Source of the DNA: Trueperaceae bacterium | GTDB taxonomy: Bacteria > Deinococcota > Deinococci > Deinococcales > Trueperaceae | Length of the DNA: 12,750 nt | Assembly (NCBI GenBank): GCA_040905465.1 | Contig: JBBDRK010000037.1 | Span: 8,180-20,929 of the forward strand | Reading direction: 5' to 3' | Part shown: positions 1 through 7,003 of the stretch, in pieces | Layout of the letters: each line of letters begins with the position of its first letter | Numbering within the stretch: position 1 is the stretch's first letter | Notes under the pieces: generated by a model | What the model was told of the DNA's origin: nothing | The model's input: only the letters and a program-made list of their open reading frames with translations | Database searches by the model: none | Made by a program: the position numbers and the translations under genes

Positions 1-95
1 CGATCATCACCAGGACCGTGCGCGGAGCGGTGCACGGGGTCACCGAGTGGCTGCTCGAGCAGCCGGGCGTGCGCCTGCTGGAACGCAACTACTGA
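1..95 (+). CDS. 3' end of an upstream CDS, truncated by the window edge; product not identified
   Basis: Frame from position 3 reads IITRTVRGAVHGVTEWLLEQPGVRLLERNY* (TGA 93-95) with almost all codons ending in G/C, as in the real genes of this window. Too short to assign a family. Confidence 0.65.
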   Translation, partial: IITRTVRGAVHGVTEWLLEQPGVRLLERNY

Positions 96-135
96 TGAAG
101 CCACCGGCGCCGCACCGCCCAGCGGGGGCAGGCTC

Positions 136-1149
136 GTGAGCTGGTACGTGTACCTGCTCGAATGCGCCGACGGCACGCTCTATACCGGCATCACCCGGGA
201 CCCGGCGGAGCGCGAGGCCGCGCACAACCGCGGCGTAGGGGCGGCCTACACCAGGGCGCGCCTGCCGGTCAGGCTGGCTTTCGTGGAACCGGCCGCGCAC
301 AGGCCGGCGGCGTTGCGCCGCGAGCTGCAGTTGAAGGCCTGGCCACGCCGGCGCAAGCTGGAGTTGCTTGCCACCCGGGAGTGCGTGCGCCGAGACGCGC
401 CGCTCTTGAGCACGGCCGGGTTCGCCGCCCCGCACGGCTTTTCCAGTCGGGACGGCGGCGTCAGCGACGGTTCTTACCGGAGTCTCAACCTGGGAGCGAA
501 CACGGCAGACCGGCCCGAGCGAGTCGAGCGAAACCGGGAGATTTTCGCCGACTGGTTCGGCGTGGATTCGAAGCGCGTGAGCCTGCTCGACCAGGTTCAC
601 GGCGAACGGGTCGTGCCGGCCGGCGCGGACGGTTCGCCGGCGGCGGACGCGCAGATAAGCGACGATCCCTCGCTGCTTCTGGCCATCGGCAGCGCCGACT
701 GCCTGCCGCTGCTGTTCCACGACCGGAGGACCGGAGCGGTGGGCGCCGCGCATTGCGGTTGGCGCGGTACGGCGTCGGGTCTGGCCGCCAAGACGGTTTC
801 GGCGATGCAGGAGGAGTTCGGGAGCCGGGCGCGCGACATCGTGGTGGCCATCGGTCCGGGCATCTGCCGCACGTGCTACCAGGTGGGGCCGGAGGTGGTC
901 GAGCGGTTTCTGGCGGCGGGCCTGCCGGCCCGGCTGGCCACGCCCGACGGCGAACGTTGGCTCCTCGACTTGGCGGCAGCCAATGTGCACGTGCTGGAGC
1001 GAGCCGGCGTGTCCCGGCGATCGATCCTCCTCCAGTCGCAGGCGTGCACCTCGTGCGATCCGGACCGATTCTTTTCGCACCGCCGCGATAGCGGCGTGAC
1101 CGGGCGCCATTGGGGGGCCGTTCGGGCGACCCGGCCGATGGACGGCTAA
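136..1149 (+). CDS. pgeF: Fusion protein: N-terminal GIY-YIG nuclease (UPF0213/YazA/YhbQ-like) + C-terminal PgeF/YfiH (LACC1/FAMIN-like purine nucleoside phosphorylase / peptidoglycan editing factor) domain
   Basis: aa 1-80: WYVYLLECADGTLYTGIT..R..HN.G.GA.YTR.R.P...E..LK.W.R..K, the small GIY-YIG pattern. aa ~88-337: HGFSSRDGGVS..SLNLG, LDQVHG, ADCLPLL, AAHCGWRG, AIGPGIC..CYQVG, CT.C..FFSHRR..G.TGR, the YfiH pattern with its His-Cys-His triad. No stop between the domains. Confidence 0.9.
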   Translation: MSWYVYLLECADGTLYTGITRDPAEREAAHNRGVGAAYTRARLPVRLAFVEPAAHRPAALRRELQLKAWPRRRKLELLATRECVRRDAPLLSTAGFAAPHGFSSRDGGVSDGSYRSLNLGANTADRPERVERNREIFADWFGVDSKRVSLLDQVHGERVVPAGADGSPAADAQISDDPSLLLAIGSADCLPLLFHDRRTGAVGAAHCGWRGTASGLAAKTVSAMQEEFGSRARDIVVAIGPGICRTCYQVGPEVVERFLAAGLPARLATPDGERWLLDLAAANVHVLERAGVSRRSILLQSQACTSCDPDRFFSHRRDSGVTGRHWGAVRATRPMDG

Positions 1150-1167
1150 CGTAAGGACGGGCAGAAG

Positions 1168-1860
1168 ATGCAGAGGCTTCTCGAGATAATGCGGCAGTTG
1201 CGGGCTCCCGATGGATGCCCGTGGGACCGCAAGCAGACTCACCTGACGCTGCGCCGTTACCTGCTGGAGGAAGCGGCCGAGGCGGTGGATGCCATCGCAG
1301 CGGGCGAGCCGGGGGAGATGGCGGACGAACTGGGGGACGTGCTGCTGCAGGTGGCCTTTCACGCGGTGATCGCCGAAGAAGCGGGGACGTTCCGCTACGA
1401 GGACATAGAGGAGGCGATAGTTTCCAAGCTGATCCGTCGCCACCCGCACATCTTCGAAGACGTCAGCGTGTCCGGTGCCGACGAGGTGCTCAGCAACTGG
1501 CAGGCGATCAAGGCCGCCGAGCGAGGCGGCCGCGAAGGCCGGCACACCTCGCCCGCGGCCGCCGTTCCTCGTGGCCTGCCGGCACTGATGCGGGCGGCCG
1601 AGGTCGGCAAGGCGGCGAACTGGCCGGCTCCCGACTTCAGCACGCCGCCCATTGGGGAGCCGGGCGACGGGAGTGCCTGGCTGGCCGCGACCGAAGAGGG
1701 GATAGGCGAACACCTGTTGGCTGTGGCGCAGTACGCCCGAGCGCACGGAGTCGACCCGGAACTGGCGTTGCGGGCTGCTGTCGATGCGGCCGTAGCTGCT
1801 GAGGTGGCGGGGGCCGCGGAGGACGCGACAGACGGTTCCGAAGACGTTCCAGAGGAGTGA
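1168..1860 (+). CDS. mazG: MazG family nucleoside triphosphate pyrophosphohydrolase
   Basis: LRAPDGCPWDRKQT..L..YLLEEA.E..DAI, DELGDVLLQV.FH, KLIRRHPHIF, W..IK..E motifs; second degenerate domain ending G.DPELALR; AAGGA upstream of the ATG. Confidence 0.93.
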   Translation: MQRLLEIMRQLRAPDGCPWDRKQTHLTLRRYLLEEAAEAVDAIAAGEPGEMADELGDVLLQVAFHAVIAEEAGTFRYEDIEEAIVSKLIRRHPHIFEDVSVSGADEVLSNWQAIKAAERGGREGRHTSPAAAVPRGLPALMRAAEVGKAANWPAPDFSTPPIGEPGDGSAWLAATEEGIGEHLLAVAQYARAHGVDPELALRAAVDAAVAAEVAGAAEDATDGSEDVPEE

Positions 1861-2450
1861 GCGAAACCGATCGGCGACTGGAAATGCTGCGGGAAACGCT
1901 GGCCTCGCGGGAGCGAGGGGGTATCGCCATACCCGGTTTCCGTCCGGCGGCGGTTCTGGTTCCGATACTGCGCGGGCCCGACGGGCTCGAGCTGCTCTTC
2001 ACCGTCCGCGGGGAGCAACTGACCCACCATGCCGGCCAGATCGCCTTTCCCGGCGGCCGGCTCGACCCCGGCGAAAGCGTCGAGCAGGCGGCGCTTCGCG
2101 AGACGTTCGAAGAGATCGGACTGGACGTGCCTCCCGCGGCCATTCTCGGCTGGCTCGACGACCATCCCTCACCGGCGCGCTTCATCGCCACCCCGGTGGT
2201 GGCGGAGCTCGACTGGCCGCAGCCGCTGGTACCGAACCCGGTGGAGGTTTCCGAGGTGTTCTCGGTGCCGCTGGCCGAGCTGCGCGCCATCGTTCCCCGG
2301 TGGGAGGAACGCGTGTTGCACGACTTCCGCCGCCGGATCCACTTCTACGCCTGGGGCGAGCGGCTCATCTGGGGCTTCACCGGCAATATCGTCAAGGAGT
2401 TGCTCGAGTTGCTCCCGGAAACCGGCGAGAATTCCGTGCCCCACTCGTGA
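1857..2450 (+). CDS. Nudix hydrolase, CoA pyrophosphatase (NudL/Pcd1) subfamily
   Basis: AAVLVP, LLFTVR..L..HAGQIAFPGG (UPF0035/NuCoA motif), Nudix box GRLDPGESVEQAALRETFEEIGL, NP.EV..VF.VPL, IWGFTG. GTGA overlap with the mazG stop, with GAGGA just upstream. Confidence 0.92.
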   Translation: MSETDRRLEMLRETLASRERGGIAIPGFRPAAVLVPILRGPDGLELLFTVRGEQLTHHAGQIAFPGGRLDPGESVEQAALRETFEEIGLDVPPAAILGWLDDHPSPARFIATPVVAELDWPQPLVPNPVEVSEVFSVPLAELRAIVPRWEERVLHDFRRRIHFYAWGERLIWGFTGNIVKELLELLPETGENSVPHS

Positions 2451-2492
2451 TAGCCTCGACTGGATGAACAGCCGATGCGTGGGGGCAGGGAC

Positions 2493-3956
2493 GTGAAACG
2501 ACACGACGTACGTGTGAGCCGCGGAGCAGAGCGCTACGCCTTCTCCGCGGGCGACGTGGTGGAGGCGTTGCAGGGCGCCGGCGTGCTCACCGACGACGCC
2601 ATCCGGATCGCTCGCGACGTCGAGAAGCACCTGCGCTCGCGCGACGTGCGTGACGTCGAGCTCGACGAGCTGATGGGCCGGCTGGAGCAGGTGGTACGCG
2701 ACCGGGTGTCGCCCGAGGCCGCTCAGCGTTTTCGCACGCAGACGCCGCCGTTCGTATCGATGAAGGTGACCAAGGGCAGCGAGTCGGAAACGTTTTCGCG
2801 CCGCACGCTCAGCCACTCGCTGGAGAAGTATGGACTGTCGTTCAAGGAGGCGTACGCGCTGGCCAAGCAGGTCGAACAGAGCCTGCGGTCGCAGGGATTC
2901 CAGTCGGTCGAGGAAGACATGCTGGCCCATATGGTGGCGCTGGCGCTGGAGGGACGCTATGGGCGCGAGGCGCGCCTGAAGTACGAAGCGACGCTCACCG
3001 ACCCGGTCGACCTGTACGTGCTCGAGGCGGACGGCACCAGGCTGCCGTACTCGCGCGGGATCCTGGCCCGGGCCCTGATGTCGGTTGGCTTGGGGCCGGA
3101 GCTGGCCTACAACCTCGCCAAACGCATCGAGGACGTGCTGTGGCGCTCGGGCGAGCGTAACGTGACCCGAGCGCGGGTGCGGCGCGAGGTCGACCGGCTG
3201 CTGATAGACGAAGCGGGGGTCGACTTCGCGCGCCGCTATCAGCTTCTTCACCGGTTGAGACAATCGGAGCGGCCGGTGATCGTGTTGATCGGCGGAGCAC
3301 CGGGGGTAGGGAAGAGCACTATCGCCTCGGAGTTGGGGTACCGCCTGGGAATTCCCCGGATGGTCTCGACCGACGCCGTTCGTCAGGCGCTGCGGTCGCT
3401 CATCTCGCCGGAACTGAGCCCGCTCTTGCACGAGTCCAGCTACACCGCCTGGCGGGCGGAGTTGCTGCCGCCCGAACGCATCGACGCGCGGCCGGAGCCG
3501 GTGCGCGTTATCAGGGGATTTCGCGCCCAGATCCAGCAGCTCGCCACGGCCATCACCGCCATCATCGAACGCAACCTGCACGAGAACATGGCGTTGGTGA
3601 TGGAAGGGATTCATCTGGTGCCGGGTTTGTCGCCGCGCGAGCACTTCGAGGGCGCATTGGTGGTGGAGCTGATGCTGATGGTGGAAGACGAGGCGAGCCA
3701 CCGCGACCACTTCGGCCTGCGCGAGCGGCAGACGCACGACCTGCGGGACCAGGACATCTATCTTGAGCACTTCCGGGAGATCCGTATCCTCCAGGAGTAT
3801 CTGCTGGACCGCGCTCGAGCCGAGCGGGTGCCGATCGTCGACGCCAGCGACTTCGATCACGCCGTCGACAAGGCGATGGAACATGTGCTGGCTTCGTTGC
3901 TCGTGCGCGGCCTGGTCGACGGCAGCGACCTGGCCAGCGGCGGCGAGCGCGCCTGA
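2493..3956 (+). CDS. 2-phosphoglycerate kinase-like P-loop kinase with three tandem N-terminal ATP-cone-like domains
   Basis: PVIVLIGGAPGVGKSTIASELGYRLGI..STD.VRQ.LR, LH.SSY.AW, EGIHLVPG, Y...F.EIR..QEYL...A match the 2PGK family. Three similar ~75-aa N-terminal units. The start is either ATG 2475 or, more likely, GTG 2493, which has a G-rich SD-like tract before it. Confidence 0.8.
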   Translation: MKRHDVRVSRGAERYAFSAGDVVEALQGAGVLTDDAIRIARDVEKHLRSRDVRDVELDELMGRLEQVVRDRVSPEAAQRFRTQTPPFVSMKVTKGSESETFSRRTLSHSLEKYGLSFKEAYALAKQVEQSLRSQGFQSVEEDMLAHMVALALEGRYGREARLKYEATLTDPVDLYVLEADGTRLPYSRGILARALMSVGLGPELAYNLAKRIEDVLWRSGERNVTRARVRREVDRLLIDEAGVDFARRYQLLHRLRQSERPVIVLIGGAPGVGKSTIASELGYRLGIPRMVSTDAVRQALRSLISPELSPLLHESSYTAWRAELLPPERIDARPEPVRVIRGFRAQIQQLATAITAIIERNLHENMALVMEGIHLVPGLSPREHFEGALVVELMLMVEDEASHRDHFGLRERQTHDLRDQDIYLEHFREIRILQEYLLDRARAERVPIVDASDFDHAVDKAMEHVLASLLVRGLVDGSDLASGGERA

Positions 3957-4010
3957 ACGAGTCCGTGGCCGGCGATGAAGTATCACATCACCGTCGCGGC
4001 GAACGCTGCG

Positions 4011-4028
4011 TAGACTGAACCGCGAGGA
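4011..4028 (+). promoter_or_regulatory. Candidate -10 element (TAGACT 4011-4016) and SD (GAGGA 4024-4028) for the ABC operon
   Basis: TAnnnT hexamer 17 nt before ATG 4034 in a 77-bp intergenic gap; no convincing -35. Confidence 0.45.
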
Positions 4029-4033
4029 TAACC

Positions 4034-5119
4034 ATGACCAGCAGAGCGATTGAAACCGAGCGGCTCACCAAGGCTTACGGAGCCAGGCCGATCGTCCGCG
4101 ACCTTACCTTTCACGTCGATCCCGGCGAGGTGTATGCGCTTGTCGGTCCCAACGGCGCCGGCAAGACCACGGTGATCCGCCTGGTGTCCGGCCTGGCCTT
4201 CCCGACGTCCGGCAGCGTGCGGCTGCTCGGCGCCGACCCCCATCAACGGCCGGAAGTGAGGCGCCGCCTGGGTGCCGTGGTCGAAGCCCCCGCCGCCTTC
4301 TACCCCTACCTGACGGGACGGCAGAACCTGGAACTGCACGCCAGGCTGGTAGGCGGCGTTCGCGAGACACGTATCGGGGAAGTGCTGGAAATGATGGAGC
4401 TCGGACCGTCGGCCGACAGGCGCGTGGGCGTGTACAGCCTGGGCATGAGGCAGCGCCTGGGCGTGGCCGGCGCCCTGCTGGCCGAGCCGGAGGTGCTGAT
4501 TCTGGACGAGCCCGCCAGCGGCATGGACCCGCTGAGCCTCCATCTGGTGCACCGGGTGCTGAAGGTAGCCGCCGAGGGCGGCACGGCGGTGCTCCTGTCC
4601 ACCCATCACCTGGACGAGGTGGTGGCGTACTGCTCGCGAGTAGCGATCCTCGAAGAGGGCGCGCTCATCGACGAGGTGGACCTGCGCGACAGGCGGGCCC
4701 GCTATAGGGCGAGCGTCTCCGACGTTCATGCGGCCCGTGTACTGCTGGACACGCAGCCGTTCGTGACCCAGGCAAGCATCCGCGGTGCCGAGGTCGTGTT
4801 CCAACTGACCGGTCCGGATGAGCTGCCACGAGTGGCGCCGGTTCTGACGAAGGCTCGCATAGACCTGCTCGGTCTGGCCCGCGATACTTTCGATCTTCGT
4901 GCCTACTACCAGGAGCGGTTGGGTGACCGGCGCCGACCCGAGGAGCCGCCCGGTCCGGAGCAGCTCACCGGGAGTCCTGCAACCGAACGGGCCGAAGCCG
5001 CGCCGACCGAGACCGAGCGTGCCGAAACCGAGCGGGCCGAAACCGACCAGGCCGAAACCGAGCGGGCCGAAACCGAGCAGGCCGAAACCGAGCAGGCGCT
5101 GCCGCGAGGCGAACGGTGA
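4034..5119 (+). CDS. ABC transporter ATP-binding protein (BcrA/multidrug-exporter-like) with a repetitive acidic C-terminal tail
   Basis: Walker A GPNGAGKT, signature YSLGMRQR, Walker B/D-loop LILDEPASGMDP, H-switch LSTHH; GAGGA SD. Confidence 0.93.
   Translation: MTSRAIETERLTKAYGARPIVRDLTFHVDPGEVYALVGPNGAGKTTVIRLVSGLAFPTSGSVRLLGADPHQRPEVRRRLGAVVEAPAAFYPYLTGRQNLELHARLVGGVRETRIGEVLEMMELGPSADRRVGVYSLGMRQRLGVAGALLAEPEVLILDEPASGMDPLSLHLVHRVLKVAAEGGTAVLLSTHHLDEVVAYCSRVAILEEGALIDEVDLRDRRARYRASVSDVHAARVLLDTQPFVTQASIRGAEVVFQLTGPDELPRVAPVLTKARIDLLGLARDTFDLRAYYQERLGDRRRPEEPPGPEQLTGSPATERAEAAPTETERAETERAETDQAETERAETEQAETEQALPRGER
5006..5095 (+). repeat. In-frame 15-bp tandem repeat, 6 copies (consensus GCCGAAACCGAGCRG) encoding TETER-AETER-AETDQ-AETER-AETEQ-AETEQ
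   Basis: Units start at 5006, 5021, 5036, 5051, 5066 and 5081, with no spacers. Confidence 0.95.
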
Positions 5120-5889
5120 TCGCGCTGTTGCGGATGGAGATCGGCAAGCTGCTGCGCCTGGCCAGCTTGCGCTTCAGTCTGGTGCTGCTGGTGGTGTTCC
5201 CGCTGCTGTGGGCATATGCACCAGGGGTGTTCGAGGTTTACGGCTTCTACCTGGTGTCTGGCTTCCAGGTTCCGGCGCTCGGACTCCTTTCGGGCATGGA
5301 GTTCCTGTTGCCGCTGCTGGTGGCCATCACCTCGGCGGAGCTGCTCGGTATCGAGATGGCTTTCGGCACACTGCCGACCATCCTTCTACGCCCGGTCAGC
5401 CGCTCCCGCTGGCTATTGGCCAAACTGTTGGTGGCGGCTCTCTACCCCTTCGTCGTCCTCCTGTTCCTGTTGCTGGTGTCGCTGGCGGCAGGAGCCTGGT
5501 TCGGCTTCGGACCGTTCGTCGGCGGCACCGGACTGGGTGAGGCCGGCATTCTAGGGCAGGGCGTCATGGAGCCTGCGGCGGCGTGGACCGAGATCGTGCG
5601 CGCTTACGCGGTCGCCGCGATCAGCCTGGTGCCGATCAGCCTGTTGGCGGTGCTGTTCAGCGTGGTCTTCATGAGCGCCGCCGGTGGCGCACTTGCGACG
5701 CTGGGCACGCTGATAGTCATGAAACTGCTTGTCGTCTTCCCGCTCGTCGAGCCCTACCTGCTTACCTCGCAACTCTCCGCCTATGTCGCCCCGGTGGCCG
5801 GCCTGGGATGGGTGGTGCTGCTGATTGCCGTTTACTGCACGGCCTTCGCCGTTGCGGCCGTCCTGTTGTTCGAGCGGAAGGACTTCTGA
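5116..5889 (+). CDS. ABC transporter permease (ABC-2 type)
   Basis: E..KL near the N-terminus, about 6 hydrophobic segments, E...GTL..ILLRPVSR...LLAK cytoplasmic motif, C-terminal FERKDF; GTGA overlap with the ATPase stop. Confidence 0.9.
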   Translation: MIALLRMEIGKLLRLASLRFSLVLLVVFPLLWAYAPGVFEVYGFYLVSGFQVPALGLLSGMEFLLPLLVAITSAELLGIEMAFGTLPTILLRPVSRSRWLLAKLLVAALYPFVVLLFLLLVSLAAGAWFGFGPFVGGTGLGEAGILGQGVMEPAAAWTEIVRAYAVAAISLVPISLLAVLFSVVFMSAAGGALATLGTLIVMKLLVVFPLVEPYLLTSQLSAYVAPVAGLGWVVLLIAVYCTAFAVAAVLLFERKDF

Positions 5890-6993
5890 ATGACGCGCCC
5901 GGCCGGGCGGCCGGTCAGGCCGCGGGCCGGGTCGCCGACCAGATGGCCGGGTGCGTGGTTGGCTGCGTTGCCGTCAGCGTTGCCGGCCGTGCTGTGGGCG
6001 CTGCTGGCGCTGGGCTGGTCGCAGGCGATCTCGTACACGGTTCAGGTCGTGGCGCTCTCCGATCAGCAGTCGGCGCTCAACGTGCAGCGTTCCCTGCTGG
6101 ATCAGGCTTACCCTGCCTACGTGGTGCGGGCCACGACCGCGCAAGGCGACATCTACCGGGTGCGGGTCGGTTCCTTCGCCAACCGGGCGGCCGCGTTGCT
6201 GTTTGCCGAGGCGATGCCCGAAACGGCGGGCGGACCGCCCCTGCCTGCTCTCGCGGAGGGCATTCCGCTCGGCGTGATGTCGCTCGAACCGCGCGTGCTG
6301 ATCGAGCTGGACGACGCGGAACTGGAGGTCTTGCCGTGGCGGGACGGGATCGCCTTGCGCCTCCAACCCGATCCCAACAGCCCTGCAACCTACCGGGTGT
6401 TTCGTGGCGCGGAGACATGGGTATTCGACGCGTGGCGGGCGCAACCGCTCGCGGAGGAGGTGTTGCGGTTGCGCAACATGTCGCTGTGGCCCGCTACCTG
6501 GCAGGAGGACGAGCCGACGGTGCGCGAAGAGTACCGGGTTGCGCTGCTCGACGGGCTGGCCGCCCGGCTGGGGCTGTCGCCCAGCCGGCTCGAGACCCTG
6601 CAGCGCCGGCCGGTGTTCGGGCCGCCGTTCCTCGTCGTGCTCGAGCTCGTGGACTCGGCCGCGTCGGGCGGCGGCACCATCCTGGGGGTGGCCGAGGCCG
6701 GAGAAACGCCTTCAGGTTACGGACCGCAACGGCTGGCGCTCGGCAGCGGCGAGTTGCCGGTGGTTGTGGAGCCGCTGTTCCGAGTCGACGGCCAACCGGC
6801 GGAGCAGCGTGAAGCGTTCGACGGCGACGGCTGGCGCGCAACCGCCTCGGGAGAGTTCTTCTTGCTGGCCGTAGGCGGCGACGACAGCGCAGCCTGGAAG
6901 ACCGGCGTCGGCCGACCGCTGTGGAGCGAAGGCAACTACCTGCTGGTTCGCGCCTCGGGCAACCTGCTACTGTACGATTTCGTGCCTCGCTGA
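5890..6993 (+). CDS. Secreted/membrane-anchored SPOR-domain protein with an uncharacterised C-terminal region
   Basis: Arg/Pro-rich N-terminus, hydrophobic stretch ending WSQA (signal-peptide-like), then YTVQVVAL....A......L....PAYV......YRVRVGSF.NRAAA (SPOR pattern). ATG directly follows the permease TGA. The exact start is uncertain. Confidence 0.75.
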   Translation: MTRPAGRPVRPRAGSPTRWPGAWLAALPSALPAVLWALLALGWSQAISYTVQVVALSDQQSALNVQRSLLDQAYPAYVVRATTAQGDIYRVRVGSFANRAAALLFAEAMPETAGGPPLPALAEGIPLGVMSLEPRVLIELDDAELEVLPWRDGIALRLQPDPNSPATYRVFRGAETWVFDAWRAQPLAEEVLRLRNMSLWPATWQEDEPTVREEYRVALLDGLAARLGLSPSRLETLQRRPVFGPPFLVVLELVDSAASGGGTILGVAEAGETPSGYGPQRLALGSGELPVVVEPLFRVDGQPAEQREAFDGDGWRATASGEFFLLAVGGDDSAAWKTGVGRPLWSEGNYLLVRASGNLLLYDFVPR

Positions 6994-7003
6994 CGGGAGC
7001 CGG

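Noticed and set aside
136-380. GIY-YIG as a homing endonuclease, intron or mobile element
   Set aside because: Small UPF0213-type domain with no DNA-binding extension, and no intron, intein or terminal-repeat features.
40-1746. 568-aa minus-strand ORF
   Set aside because: Antisense shadow of the fusion gene and mazG; Arg/Gly/Pro-rich with no motifs, as expected in GC-rich DNA.
1168-1860. MazG as part of a mazEF toxin-antitoxin or anti-phage locus
   Set aside because: No toxin, antitoxin or defence genes nearby; housekeeping-type MazG in a core-like context.
2169-3986. 605-aa minus-strand ORF
   Set aside because: Antisense to the Nudix and kinase genes, which carry clear family motifs; no recognisable domain.
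3975-4013. Short ORF MKYHITVAANAA and weak dyad GATG-N8-CATC before the ABC operon
   Set aside because: No SD, does not overlap either neighbouring start or stop, and the dyad arms are only 4 bp; compatible with chance.
5006-5095. Possible CRISPR array (also 12638-12697)
   Set aside because: 15-bp head-to-tail units without unique spacers, in frame within CDSs, and no cas genes.
5583-6812. 409-aa alternative-frame plus-strand ORF (likewise 162-1091, 1215-1802, 4899-5540)
   Set aside because: Off-frame overlaps of well-supported genes with Arg/Gly/Ala-rich composition.
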